Below, piece by piece: positions 1 through 8,790 of a stretch of DNA of 64,000 bases. The notes beneath the pieces were generated by a model. The model was not told the DNA's origin and searched no databases. It saw only the letters and a list, made by a program, of their open reading frames with translations. This DNA comes from an uncultured Clostridia bacterium (GTDB taxonomy: Bacteria > Bacillota > Clostridia > Oscillospirales > Acutalibacteraceae). Positions within the stretch are counted from its first letter, which is position 1; every line of letters starts with the position of its first letter. The stretch covers positions 39,250 to 103,249 of the forward strand of contig CAKZZL010000014.1 of NCBI GenBank assembly GCA_937884995.1, in the 5' to 3' direction. The position numbers and the translations under genes were made by a program.

Positions 1-180
1 GACTTTGATAAAAGAATATCTGTCAGCGTCATAATTCCATAATTTGGCAGGGATTTCTCCGTCATTATCTGAAAAAACGAGATCCATATAATAACTGCCG
101 TTTTTTGATGATTTAACTTCAGCAAACTTTACAAGCGCAAAGCAATCAACTATGTCATTGTTAACACTTATATAATTCAT
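1..180 (-). CDS. partial CDS (N-terminus only, continues past window start): OB-fold protein resembling the N-terminus of YhaM/Cbf1-type 3'-5' exoribonucleases
   Basis: Absent from the ORF track because it runs off the edge. ATG at 180..178 on the minus strand, open frame to base 1. My translation is MNYISVNNDIVDCFALVKFAEVKSSKNGSYYMDLVFSDNDGEIPAKLWNYDADRYSFIKV. The family call is from memory only. Confidence 0.4.
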   Translation of the reverse strand, partial: MNYISVNNDIVDCFALVKFAEVKSSKNGSYYMDLVFSDNDGEIPAKLWNYDADRYSFIKV

Positions 181-376
181 AATATAACCTACGTTTCAAA
201 ATTTTCTTTTATTATACATTATGGTGAGGATAAATTCAATGTATGATATGTACAAAAAAGCGGATTCATATATAAGAAACTATGCCTTTTTTATATTCAA
301 ATGTCAAATTTTTCAAATAAGAATTACAGCGCCGAAAGAAATGATATTTTTGCTTATTACAAAATCTAAAAAATGC

Positions 377-405
377 TTGATTTTTAATATTTTTCATGTT
401 AATAT
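377..405 (+). promoter_or_regulatory. candidate sigma-A promoter of rpsT
   Basis: TTGATT (377-382), 17-nt spacer, TAATAT (400-405) preceded by TG (extended -10). It lies about 30 nt upstream of the rpsT RBS GGAGG. Confidence 0.45.
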
Positions 406-437
406 ATGTACTTGTGAATACGAAGGAGGTGTGACAA

Positions 438-695
438 ATGCCAAATATTAAATCAGCAAAGAAGCGTGTAATCGTTAATAAGACAAAGGCACAGCGTAAC
501 AAATCAAGAAATTCAGCACTTAAAACTGCTATTAAAAAAGCTAACGCTGCTATCGAGGCTAACGCTGCAGATAAGGACGTTCTCGTAAAAGATGCAGTTA
601 AGAAGATTGATCAAGCTGCTTCTAAGGGACTTATCCACAAAAACAACGCTGCTCGTAAAAAGTCCGCCCTCGTGACTAAAGCAAACAAAGCGTAA
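438..695 (+). CDS. rpsT: 30S ribosomal protein S20
   Basis: 85 aa starting MPNIKSAKKRV..., a lysine/alanine-rich typical S20 sequence. RBS GGAGG lies upstream. Confidence 0.95.
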   Translation: MPNIKSAKKRVIVNKTKAQRNKSRNSALKTAIKKANAAIEANAADKDVLVKDAVKKIDQAASKGLIHKNNAARKKSALVTKANKA

Positions 696-716
696 GTCAT
701 AAATAAGAAAAATTAT

Positions 717-744
717 TGCCGCAAGATATGCGGCATTTTTCTTT
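717..744 (+). terminator. rho-independent terminator after rpsT
   Basis: Stem TGCCGCA / TGCGGCA (717-723 / 729-735) followed by a T-run. Confidence 0.7.
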
Positions 745-805
745 ATTGACAATTTCATATATTTATGTATAATTAAATTATGTAATTTGATTTGGAGGTA
801 GTTCT

Positions 806-985
806 ATGAAAAAGGCATTAAAGATAGTTGCTATATTGGCTGCGATTGCAGGTCTTGCTTTTGCTGCATATGTAATAATCAAAAAGTATGTCGATAGTAA
901 AAGAGTTGTAATTGGCAATGATGCAGAAAATTATGTTTCTTGTTCTTGTGTTGATGACAGCTTCCTATCCGAAACAGTTGCATAA
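806..985 (+). CDS. small membrane protein (59 aa), unknown function
   Basis: Below the ORF-track size cutoff. ATG at 806 lies 7 nt after GGAGG. My translation is MKKALKIVAILAAIAGLAFAAYVIIKKYVDSKRVVIGNDAENYVSCSCVDDSFLSETVA, with one TM helix. A terminator follows it. Confidence 0.5.
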   Translation: MKKALKIVAILAAIAGLAFAAYVIIKKYVDSKRVVIGNDAENYVSCSCVDDSFLSETVA

Positions 986-997
986 ATAAATTTTATG

Positions 998-1021
998 AGG
1001 ATGCTTAGGCATCCTTTTTTT
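998..1021 (+). terminator. rho-independent terminator
   Basis: Stem AGGATGC / GCATCCT with loop TTAG, then TTTTTTT. Confidence 0.75.
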
Positions 1022-1039
1022 ATCTCTTTTTATAAAGCA

Positions 1040-1061
1040 AAAGTGCGGTTTCCCGCACTTT
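1040..1061 (-). terminator. hairpin terminator between convergent genes (probably serves the minus-strand zinc-ribbon gene)
   Basis: Perfect 9-bp stem AAAGTGCGG / CCGCACTTT with loop TTTC. T-rich flanks on both sides. Confidence 0.5.
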
Positions 1062-1067
1062 AATTTT

Positions 1068-1346
1068 TTATTCCTCTTCCTTCATCTTAGCAAAGCATTC
1101 GCTGCAATAAACAGGTTTATCTTCCTTTGGAAGAAATGGAACTTTTGCTTCACCGCCGCATGATGCGCACACAGCAGTATGATACTCTCTGGAGTTACGG
1201 ATTGCAGTCTTACGAGCTACACGGCACTCCTTACATCTCTGCGGTTCATTTTCAAAACCTTTCTCAGCATAGAATTCCTGTTCGCCGGCTGTGAAAATAA
1301 ATTCCTTACCACAGTCTTTGCAAATGAGAGTTTTGTCTTCGTACAT
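1068..1346 (-). CDS. zinc-ribbon domain protein (CxxC pairs), unknown function
   Basis: The track ORF is 1068..1436. I prefer the ATG at 1346 (MYEDKTLICKDCGKEF...) because AGGAAGG lies 7 nt upstream. There are three CxxC pairs: CKDC, CKEC/CASC and CSEC. Confidence 0.7.
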   Translation of the reverse strand: MYEDKTLICKDCGKEFIFTAGEQEFYAEKGFENEPQRCKECRVARKTAIRNSREYHTAVCASCGGEAKVPFLPKEDKPVYCSECFAKMKEEE

Positions 1347-1428
1347 TTTGCTACCTTCCTTTAAATACTTTTTACCCCATGCGGAATTGCACCGCAGCAT
1401 AAATATATGATCCTCTTGGTGAGGCAAA

Positions 1429-1989
1429 TTAATCATCTTTTATTTTATTTTTTATTCTCTGAAGAGCATTATATACAGCTTTTGCAGAAGTATCCAGTTT
1501 TTCAGCAATGGCTTGAGGTTTATATCCCAATATATACAGTTTAGCTACATTCATTTCAAATAATGATAAACTATCAAATACAGTCTTATACATCTGGCTG
1601 CTTATCACATCATCTTCAACAGAATTATTATCAGAAGTATAATCATATATATCATCTATTGATAAAAGAGCTTTAGTTGGCTTTCTTTTCTGATTTGTTG
1701 AAGCATTGTATATTCTTTGCATTGCCCGTTTAACAAGCATCATTGAATAGTTTTTAAAAGACTTTGATTTATCAGGATTGAATGATTTAACAGCAGAGAA
1801 AAATTCAATTACACCTTCCTGATAATAATCTTCAATCTGATTGAGAGTTGTCACTTCAAATGAAGCAGCCGTCTTCATAATAAGTTTGGAATATCTTGAT
1901 AATATAATGGCGAAGGCCTCTTCATTGCCGTCAGAATAATGCTTAATAAGTTCTTCGTCAGTCAAGTTTTTTAATTCAAACTTATTCAT
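1429..1989 (-). CDS. sigma-70 family RNA polymerase sigma factor (ECF/SigK-like small sigma)
   Basis: 186 aa. Region 2-like segment YYQEGVIEFFSAVKSFNP and a C-terminal region 4 HTH (YKPQAIAEKLDTSAKAVYNALQRIKNKI). Confidence 0.8.
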   Translation of the reverse strand: MNKFELKNLTDEELIKHYSDGNEEAFAIILSRYSKLIMKTAASFEVTTLNQIEDYYQEGVIEFFSAVKSFNPDKSKSFKNYSMMLVKRAMQRIYNASTNQKRKPTKALLSIDDIYDYTSDNNSVEDDVISSQMYKTVFDSLSLFEMNVAKLYILGYKPQAIAEKLDTSAKAVYNALQRIKNKIKDD

Positions 1990-2091
1990 TTTTACTCCCT
2001 AATTTGACATAAAACTATGTAAATTATATCATAAATAATATAAATGTCAACAAAAATTCTTATAATTATATATCAAAAATATATAAAATAT

Positions 2092-2120
2092 ACAAAAGCC
2101 ACTCATATTTAATGAGTGGC
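2092..2120 (-). terminator. rho-independent terminator of the phosphoglucomutase transcription unit
   Basis: Stem GCCACTCAT / ATGAGTGGC (2098-2106 / 2112-2120). On the minus strand it is followed by TTTTGTATATTTT. Confidence 0.6.
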
Positions 2121-2129
2121 TAATTGAAT

Positions 2130-2228
2130 TTAAAATTCTGCAAATATTGATATAAGCGCAGTCAACGCACTGAATATCATTAAACCTGCAAGTATTATAG
2201 CTAATATTTTAACAAATTTTCTGTTCAT
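2130..2228 (-). CDS. possible 32-aa hydrophobic micropeptide
   Basis: Below the track cutoff. ATG at 2228 lies 1 nt after the phosphoglucomutase stop. My translation is MNRKFVKILAIILAGLMIFSALTALISIFAEF. The terminator follows this ORF rather than the upstream gene. Confidence 0.3.
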   Translation of the reverse strand: MNRKFVKILAIILAGLMIFSALTALISIFAEF

Positions 2229-2229
2229 C

Positions 2230-3948
2230 CTAAGCCCCTATTACCTTTGTCATATCATCACTGATAATTTTTTGCTTTTCAAGTGCAAGTTTATGATTAG
2301 TGCCGTAAGCTGTTATATATACCTTGATTTTTGGTTCTGTGCCAGATGGACGAACAATTACTTTACAGTTGTTAACAAGCTGATAAGAAAGAACATTTGA
2401 TTTAGGCAAATCTATCTCAGTCTCTTCACCGCTTATAAGGTCAGCTGATTTACTCAATTTATAATCGGATACTTTTATAACATCCATTCCTGCAATTGAG
2501 CTTGGAGCATTATTTCTGAGGGAGTCCATAATATCAGCCATTTTTTGCATTCCGGAAGCACCTTCAAACGCAAAATTTAAAACTGAATTTAAGTACATTC
2601 CGTATTTTTCATATATGGAATCCATAAACTGTTTTAATGAAATACCCTTAAGCTTATAATATGAAGCCATTTCACAAATAAGAAGTGAAGCAACAACAGC
2701 ATCTTTGTCACGTGCGTGTATGCCTCTTAAATAACCATATGATTCCTCAAATCCAAGTACGAATCTCTCTTCTTCTCCTTTTGCTTCAAGCCTAGTAACA
2801 AGTTCACCGATATACTTAAATCCGGTAAGGAGATCTGCAGTCTGAGCACCGTAAGCTGAAGTGATGGCCTCAATAAGAGGAGTTGAAACGATTGTTTTTA
2901 CAATTATTGGATTTTCAGGTAATTTGCCTTGTTCTTTAAGCGAAGACAAAAGATATTCCGTGAGCATAACACCGACCTCATTACCGGTCATGAGTACAAA
3001 ATCATCTTTGTCTTTAACAGCAATACCGACACGGTCACAATCGGGATCTGTTGCCAGAAGAAGATCGGTGTCAGTTCCTTCTGCCGTATTTATAGCATGT
3101 TCAAACGCTTGTCTTATTTCTGGATTCGGATATGGACAAGTCGGGAAATTACCATCCGGAAGTTCCTGCTCTTTTACAACTTCTACATTGTCTATACCTA
3201 CTCTTTTAAGTACTTCTCTTACAGGTTTATTACCTGTACCGTTAAGTGGTGTATATACAAGTTTTAAGCCGGCTTTAGCAGTAACATCAGGGTTTACCTG
3301 AGCTTTTATAACACAGTCATAAAATTCTTCATTTACTGAGTTATCAATATATTCAATAATTCCGGATTTAATAGCATCATCAAAGTCAACTGTTTTTACA
3401 TCATTAAATATATCAATGTTCTGGATATATTTATAAGTCTTAGCAGCAGCTTCATCAGTCATCTGATAACCGTTAGGGTCATAACACTTATATCCGTTAT
3501 ACTTGGAGGGATTATGTGATGCTGTAATGATAATACCTGAAGAACAATGAAGTTTACGTACAGCAAAAGAAAGCATTGGGGTTGGAACCAATTCAGGATA
3601 AATATACACCTTTATATTATTTGCTGCGAGAACGCTTGCAGCTCCCTTTGCAAAAGTCGTCGACTTGATTCTTGAATCAAATGCAATTGCAACTGAAGGA
3701 TTGGTAAAATTATCATTCAAATAATTAGCAAGTCCCTGTGTTGCCTGATTTACTGTATATACATTCATGTAATTTGTGCCGGCACCAATAACGCCGCGAA
3801 GGCCTGCTGTGCCGAATTCAAGATTTTTATAAAATCTGTCAAGAATAGCATCGTCATCATCAGCAATGCTTTCAAGTTCTTTAATTAAATCCGGGTCGGC
3901 AACTGCCTTTTCGCACCATAGTTTATATAAATATTTAATGTCATTCAT
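2230..3948 (-). CDS. pgcA: phospho-sugar mutase (alpha-phosphoglucomutase/phosphomannomutase family)
   Basis: 572 aa. Active-site motif TASHNPSKYNGYK and metal loop DPDCDR. Confidence 0.88.
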   Translation of the reverse strand: MNDIKYLYKLWCEKAVADPDLIKELESIADDDDAILDRFYKNLEFGTAGLRGVIGAGTNYMNVYTVNQATQGLANYLNDNFTNPSVAIAFDSRIKSTTFAKGAASVLAANNIKVYIYPELVPTPMLSFAVRKLHCSSGIIITASHNPSKYNGYKCYDPNGYQMTDEAAAKTYKYIQNIDIFNDVKTVDFDDAIKSGIIEYIDNSVNEEFYDCVIKAQVNPDVTAKAGLKLVYTPLNGTGNKPVREVLKRVGIDNVEVVKEQELPDGNFPTCPYPNPEIRQAFEHAINTAEGTDTDLLLATDPDCDRVGIAVKDKDDFVLMTGNEVGVMLTEYLLSSLKEQGKLPENPIIVKTIVSTPLIEAITSAYGAQTADLLTGFKYIGELVTRLEAKGEEERFVLGFEESYGYLRGIHARDKDAVVASLLICEMASYYKLKGISLKQFMDSIYEKYGMYLNSVLNFAFEGASGMQKMADIMDSLRNNAPSSIAGMDVIKVSDYKLSKSADLISGEETEIDLPKSNVLSYQLVNNCKVIVRPSGTEPKIKVYITAYGTNHKLALEKQKIISDDMTKVIGA

Positions 3949-4020
3949 ACTATTACCTCCAAATCGACTTTATTATAAATCAAAAAAATATAAATGTAAA
4001 CACATGAATAAGATGAAGTT

Positions 4021-4548
4021 CTATATGAGTTTATAATATATATTTCTCTGTAAACCACCGTATTTTTCACTGCTGTGGTCATAGAGATATCCAAGTTTTA
4101 GGATATTGTTCATGCTGTATGGATTATCGGGAGAAACTGTTGCACAAAGGATTTCAACGCCTTTGCTTTTGGCATATTCATCAAGTCTTTTACCGAGTAA
4201 AAACTGCAATGAGTTACCACGGTATTCATCTCTTACGATACAAAGTTTATAGTTTGCATCTTTTTTATTATTTGCATCAACTTTTATAAGACTGTTTGAT
4301 ATTATCTCTTCGCCTTCCGGAAAATACAAAACGACAAATCCTGCAAGTTCATCATTATAAAAGGCACCTAAAGTATAATGGGGTTCTTTCAAGCATGAAA
4401 GAAGCATTTCCTCGCTGTTTTTACGAAGAATGTCTTTATTATCCATTAATGAAAATGCTTCATCCTGAATTTTAACTATTTCGCTTAAATCTTTTTCTGT
4501 ACATCTCTTAAAAACAAATTCATTCTCAGAAATTCTCATATTATTCAC
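4021..4548 (-). CDS. GNAT family N-acetyltransferase
   Basis: 175 aa with a GNAT-like core (IVRDEYRGNSLQFLLGKRL). The first codon is GTG and overlaps the upstream stop (GTGA). An alternative ATG is at 4539. Confidence 0.75.
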   Translation of the reverse strand: MNNMRISENEFVFKRCTEKDLSEIVKIQDEAFSLMDNKDILRKNSEEMLLSCLKEPHYTLGAFYNDELAGFVVLYFPEGEEIISNSLIKVDANNKKDANYKLCIVRDEYRGNSLQFLLGKRLDEYAKSKGVEILCATVSPDNPYSMNNILKLGYLYDHSSEKYGGLQRNIYYKLI

Positions 4549-5285
4549 TTAGTTAACTCCATATATTTTTCAATACTTACTAGGGACTTTAGGGGCCTTG
4601 CCTCATAGACATTGTCCCATTTGTTTACTCTGTCTTCTTTTGATAAGTTTTCTCTGTAATATTCAGTGGCCTTTTCCATCTTTTCTTTGGTTGTTTTGCC
4701 TATCTTTATTCTATAACTGATCCACTCTTTTTCAAGGAGAAAAATATTTTTGAAGTTTTCGGGCTGAGAAATAATCTTTTCTCTTTGTATAATTCTGCTG
4801 TGAACTGCAAGAAAGAATCTGTAAGCAAAGAGATCATCAATAATATCAAATGAGATTACTCTCCTTTTATACAGGATATATATGGTTTCAAAGAAAGTAA
4901 GATAATTGGAAATATCAGACTTAGACAAAAAGACATCACAATTATCATTCTCATAATAGTTTTGCTCTTCGCAATTATGATCAAGGCTGTCCTGTAAGAT
5001 ATCATAGACTTTTTTATAGTCTTCATTTTCAACAAATGATTTATTAAGTTCGACTATAAATGAGGCACGTGATATTTCCTTTGAATCGCTGAGTTGTATA
5101 ATTGCAATTGCTATAGTTATCAAAACACCTATGGACTCGCAAATTGAGATATATAAAGATACAAGTTCATCCCCTGCTTTAAGTACATCTCTTAAAAGTC
5201 CTGCCGTTCCTATAATAAGAAAACATACAATCACGCAAATTAAAATTGATAGATTTTTACTTTTTGACCTTTTCATTTTTTTCAC
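4545..5285 (-). CDS. membrane-anchored hypothetical protein (two N-terminal TM helices plus a cytoplasmic domain, possibly DUF4760-like)
   Basis: 246 aa. The TM helices are LSILICVIVCFLIIGTAGLL and IGVLITIAIAIIQL. The family guess is weak and from memory. Confidence 0.55.
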   Translation of the reverse strand: MKKMKRSKSKNLSILICVIVCFLIIGTAGLLRDVLKAGDELVSLYISICESIGVLITIAIAIIQLSDSKEISRASFIVELNKSFVENEDYKKVYDILQDSLDHNCEEQNYYENDNCDVFLSKSDISNYLTFFETIYILYKRRVISFDIIDDLFAYRFFLAVHSRIIQREKIISQPENFKNIFLLEKEWISYRIKIGKTTKEKMEKATEYYRENLSKEDRVNKWDNVYEARPLKSLVSIEKYMELTK

Positions 5286-5332
5286 CCAATAAAAATTTCA
5301 TATAAATAATATCACAATTTTCATTTACAAAC

Positions 5333-5358
5333 AACAAAAAGCACCCGAAAACGGGTGC
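5333..5358 (-). terminator. rho-independent terminator after thiT
   Basis: Stem GCACCCG / CGGGTGC (5341-5347 / 5352-5358). On the minus strand it is followed by TTTTT. Confidence 0.75.
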
Positions 5359-5366
5359 CATAACTT

Positions 5367-6059
5367 TTAGTTTGTTTTAACTGAAGTAATTTTGTCTATC
5401 TTTCCGATAATAGCAGCAACAATAGGTGTAATTATCATTTCAGGGATCATATATAATCCATTATATACTACAGAATAAACAAAAGCCAAAGTTTTTGAAT
5501 TATCTTTGAGTGCATTGAAGATCTTTATGCCAAGCTGTGTTCCCCATCCACTTTCTGTATCTGTAAAGAACCACTCAGCCCATGCTCCGTAAAGTATAAA
5601 TCCTGAAATAGTATGTGACAGGTATCTAAGGAAAATAACTACAAATGCACCAAGAGCCAAAGAAAGCCAGTTTTTCTTGATAACTTTCTTGAACATAGCT
5701 GAAAGTCCTAAAACAGAGAAGGCCAGGATATAATCAAGGACAAGCATTAAAATAGCCTTTTTAACGCCAAGACCGTCTTCATCCACAGGTAAGAATGCAG
5801 CTGTAATTGTTCCTGAGAAAAGTCCCATAACAACTTCAACAAGTGAATAAACAAAACTTGTTACAAGTCCCTTCTTTATGCCATATTTCCAGCAAACAAA
5901 AATTACGGGAAGCATACTTACAATTGTTACAGAACCGCCGAAAGGCAATTTCGGTATCAACATTTTAGAAATAAACTCTAAAACAACTGCAAGTGCAATC
6001 ATAATGGCGCTTTCTGCTATCCAGCGAGTTCGTAAAGCATTTTTTTCTTTGTTATTCAT
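5367..6059 (-). CDS. thiT: thiamine transporter ThiT (ECF-transporter S component)
   Basis: 230 aa polytopic membrane protein sitting directly behind a TPP riboswitch. The shared ECF module (ecfA1A2T) is in the same window. Confidence 0.8.
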   Translation of the reverse strand: MNNKEKNALRTRWIAESAIMIALAVVLEFISKMLIPKLPFGGSVTIVSMLPVIFVCWKYGIKKGLVTSFVYSLVEVVMGLFSGTITAAFLPVDEDGLGVKKAILMLVLDYILAFSVLGLSAMFKKVIKKNWLSLALGAFVVIFLRYLSHTISGFILYGAWAEWFFTDTESGWGTQLGIKIFNALKDNSKTLAFVYSVVYNGLYMIPEMIITPIVAAIIGKIDKITSVKTN

Positions 6060-6073
6060 TAAAAAACCTCCTA

Positions 6074-6210
6074 TAAAAAAACAGCCATAGTTAATACCGA
6101 TGGCTGAAAGTTTAGCTTCCTACGACGGCATTATCCGTATCAGGTTCGATGGTCATGAAAAACATTCATATCTCAGCCGGTAAATTCCGGCACCCACGCT
6201 TTATTGACTT
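6074..6210 (-). promoter_or_regulatory. TPP (THI-box) riboswitch with terminator expression platform
   Basis: The minus strand reads ...GCGTGGGTGCCGGAATTTACCGGCTGAGATATGAA...GACCATCGAACCTGATACGGATAATGCCGTCGTAGGAAGC. The conserved CTGAGA, ACCTGAT, GGATAATGCC and CGTAGGAA elements are present. It is followed by hairpin CAGCCATCGG/CTATGGCTG plus TTTTTTT (6074-6106), then the RBS GGAGG. Confidence 0.85.
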
Positions 6211-6216
6211 GCAAGT

Positions 6217-6244
6217 ATTATACCACTCTAAAGATTCTTGTCAA
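6217..6244 (-). promoter_or_regulatory. candidate promoter driving the TPP riboswitch-thiT unit
   Basis: On the minus strand: TTGACA (6244-6239), 16-nt spacer, TGgTATAAT (-10 at 6222-6217). The -35 overlaps the last codons of recD2. Confidence 0.5.
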
Positions 6245-8417
6245 GAATTAAATATTGAAGTGAAGAATACCTTAACTGAGCTTTATTATTCTCGATCATC
6301 TTATTTACTGCATCTTTTGTACCAACAATTATCAGTAAATTTCTGGCACGCGTTACAGCGGTGTACAGCAAGTTCCTATAACATAGCTTACTGTTTACAA
6401 ATATGACAGGGATTATTACGGCATCAAACTCACTGCCCTGACTTTTATGTACTGTTACGGCATATGCAAGTTCCAATTGTTGCATTTCCTCAAGTGAATA
6501 ATCTGCCCTTTTTCCGTTGAAATTAATAACGACATTATCAAGGCTATGATTTATATGTTCAATAATCCCTATATCTCCGTTATATACACCTTCCCCTTGA
6601 TTTTCAGCATCAACCCAGCTTATATGATAGTTATTTTTTATTTGCATAACCTTATCGCCTTCTCTGAAGATCCTGTATGCAGTTTTTATTTCCTTCTTGT
6701 GTTTGGCAGGAGGATTAATTTTCTCCTGGAGTTTGGCATTTAATGAATATATACCCAGTTCTCCCATTTTGGAAGGACAAAGTATCTGAATTTGGTCTTG
6801 AGGTCTCAAACCAATTGAATTTGGCAGTCTGTTTGTATAAAGGTCTATTATAGTTCTGGATGCTTCTATAGGGTTTTTGATATCCATAAGGAAAAAGTCT
6901 TTATCAAAATTCTCTTTATTTAGTTTTTGCCCGTTAACAATATAATGAGCATTCATAACAATATTGCTTTCCGATGCTTGTCTGAATATCTCTGTAAGTT
7001 CAACAGTCGGCAATAATTTACTTGAAATTAAATCTTTTAATACATTGCCTGCGTTTACAGAAGGCAATTGATTTGAATCCCCGACAAGTATAAGCCTGCT
7101 TCCGGCAGAAATGGCATCAAGTAGTGAATCAAATAAGAAAATATCAACCATTGACATTTCATCAACGATTATAACGTCGCTTTCAAGAGGCTTTTTTGAA
7201 TTCCTTTTGAAATACATTTTATCATTGTCGCCGAAATCAACTTCAAGCATTCTGTGTATAGTCATGGCTTCCCTGCCGGTTGCTTCAGTCATTCTTTGGG
7301 CTGCTCTTCCGGTAGGAGCGCATAAGGATACACGAAGCTGAGACAACTCAAACAAGTCAATTATACCTTTAAGCGTAGTTGTTTTACCTGTACCGGGTCC
7401 GCCTGTCAGTATAAGGATTCCTTCGTCTTTAGCTATCTTTATTGCTTCTTTTTGAAGTTCAGCATATTCAATATTATCTTTACTCTTTTTACTTTTTGAA
7501 ACTTTTTTCTTTTTTGAATTTAGTAATAAAAGAATTTTATCTGCAATATGATTTTCTGCAAAATATGCTTCAGGTAAAAATGTATAATTATTCTTATTTA
7601 TTTCTTTCTCTATTAAATATCCCTGAACGAAAGTATTATCGAGTACAATTTCTATATTATCTTTTGTATTTTCAAGAAATGCAGCGACTGTTTTGATTAA
7701 TTTTTCGGTCGGAACACATGTGTGGCCGTTTGCAAGGTTATGTCTCATCGTATAAATAAGGCAGGCCTCAACGCGATTGCTCTCCATTGATTTTTCAGGT
7801 AAAATCTGAGCTATTTGCTCTGTTCTTTCAAATGAAAAGCCTATATCCTGCAAACATAGCAGATATGGATTTTCTTTAATTAAAAGATGAGCATCTACGC
7901 CGAATTTATTCAGTATTATAAAAGACTCCTGAGTTGTAAGGCCCAATGATGCAAGACTCAATAAAGTCGTCCTGGCATTAAATTGCTTTTGATATTCATC
8001 AGAAATCTTAATGGCTTTATTCCTTGAAATGCCTTTGATTTCCACCAATTTTTCAGGATAATTTTCCAATATATCAAATGTATTTTCGCCGAATTTATCT
8101 ATAATCTTTCTGGCAATAGCCGAACCTATGCCTTTAATTCCGCCTTCAGAGAGATATTGATATAAGTCATTAAGATTTTCAGGCATAAAAGGGACAACGG
8201 AATCGGCCTTAAACTGCCTCCCGTATATTGAATGGTATACATAGCTTCCTATTATATCAACCTTATCTCCTCTGTATAATTCCGGATATGTAGCTACAAC
8301 TGTTATTTTTTCTTCATTTGTATCAAGTATAAAGACTACATATCCATTAGAATTATTTTGATATATGATATGGTCAACCGTACCGGATATATTCAATTTT
8401 TCCTGAATTTCGTCCAT
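6228..8417 (-). CDS. recD2: ATP-dependent RecD2-like DNA helicase (RecD/TraA family, SF1B)
   Basis: 729 aa. Walker A LTGGPGTGKTT, motif VDEMSMVD, C-terminal AVTVHKSQGSEF and an HhH-like middle region. Confidence 0.9.
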   Translation of the reverse strand: MDEIQEKLNISGTVDHIIYQNNSNGYVVFILDTNEEKITVVATYPELYRGDKVDIIGSYVYHSIYGRQFKADSVVPFMPENLNDLYQYLSEGGIKGIGSAIARKIIDKFGENTFDILENYPEKLVEIKGISRNKAIKISDEYQKQFNARTTLLSLASLGLTTQESFIILNKFGVDAHLLIKENPYLLCLQDIGFSFERTEQIAQILPEKSMESNRVEACLIYTMRHNLANGHTCVPTEKLIKTVAAFLENTKDNIEIVLDNTFVQGYLIEKEINKNNYTFLPEAYFAENHIADKILLLLNSKKKKVSKSKKSKDNIEYAELQKEAIKIAKDEGILILTGGPGTGKTTTLKGIIDLFELSQLRVSLCAPTGRAAQRMTEATGREAMTIHRMLEVDFGDNDKMYFKRNSKKPLESDVIIVDEMSMVDIFLFDSLLDAISAGSRLILVGDSNQLPSVNAGNVLKDLISSKLLPTVELTEIFRQASESNIVMNAHYIVNGQKLNKENFDKDFFLMDIKNPIEASRTIIDLYTNRLPNSIGLRPQDQIQILCPSKMGELGIYSLNAKLQEKINPPAKHKKEIKTAYRIFREGDKVMQIKNNYHISWVDAENQGEGVYNGDIGIIEHINHSLDNVVINFNGKRADYSLEEMQQLELAYAVTVHKSQGSEFDAVIIPVIFVNSKLCYRNLLYTAVTRARNLLIIVGTKDAVNKMIENNKAQLRYSSLQYLILDKNL

Positions 8418-8435
8418 ATCTCACCCTAAATTATG

Positions 8436-8457
8436 TGCCTTCGCAAATGCGAAGGCA
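8436..8457 (-). terminator. stem-loop just downstream of rnpB (weak terminator or processing hairpin)
   Basis: 9-bp stem TGCCTTCGC / GCGAAGGCA. The U-tract after it on the minus strand is poor (CATAATTTA). Confidence 0.35.
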
Positions 8458-8462
8458 TAAAA

Positions 8463-8786
8463 ATGAGTAAACCTGTAAGCCGGGTTCTGTCGTTTAAGGC
8501 AATTATCTATCTGCGGTATATGTTACCATATATCTGAAGCCATCTTTAGGAGTATTTGCCCAGCTGACAACTCCGGTCGATGTTGCATCGGATAGGGTTT
8601 GCTTGGCAACTGTATCTCTACAGTCCCGGTGAGCTCTTACCTCGCCTTTCCACCCTTACCATAAAAATGGCGGTATATCTCTATGCACTTTCCCTAAGGT
8701 CACCCTCGGCGGCTGTTAGCCGTTATCCTGCTGTATGATGCCCGGACTTTCCTCACATAAATGCGCAATTGCCCAGTTTACTCATT
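8463..8786 (-). ncRNA. rnpB: RNase P RNA (bacterial, type A-like)
   Basis: The minus strand contains GAGGAAAGTCCGGGC, GGTAAGGGTGGAAAGGCGAGGTAAGAGCTCACC and ACAGAACCCGGCTTAC. The P1 pairing is GAGTAAAC (5') with GTTTACTC (3'). No ORF explains this region. Confidence 0.9.
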
Positions 8787-8790
8787 AATT

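Noticed and set aside
221-502. Track ORFs 221..451 (+) and 266..502 (-) upstream of and overlapping rpsT
   Set aside because: They lie in the AT-rich promoter region and have hydrophobic, low-complexity translations with no RBS. They overlap the rpsT promoter and start.
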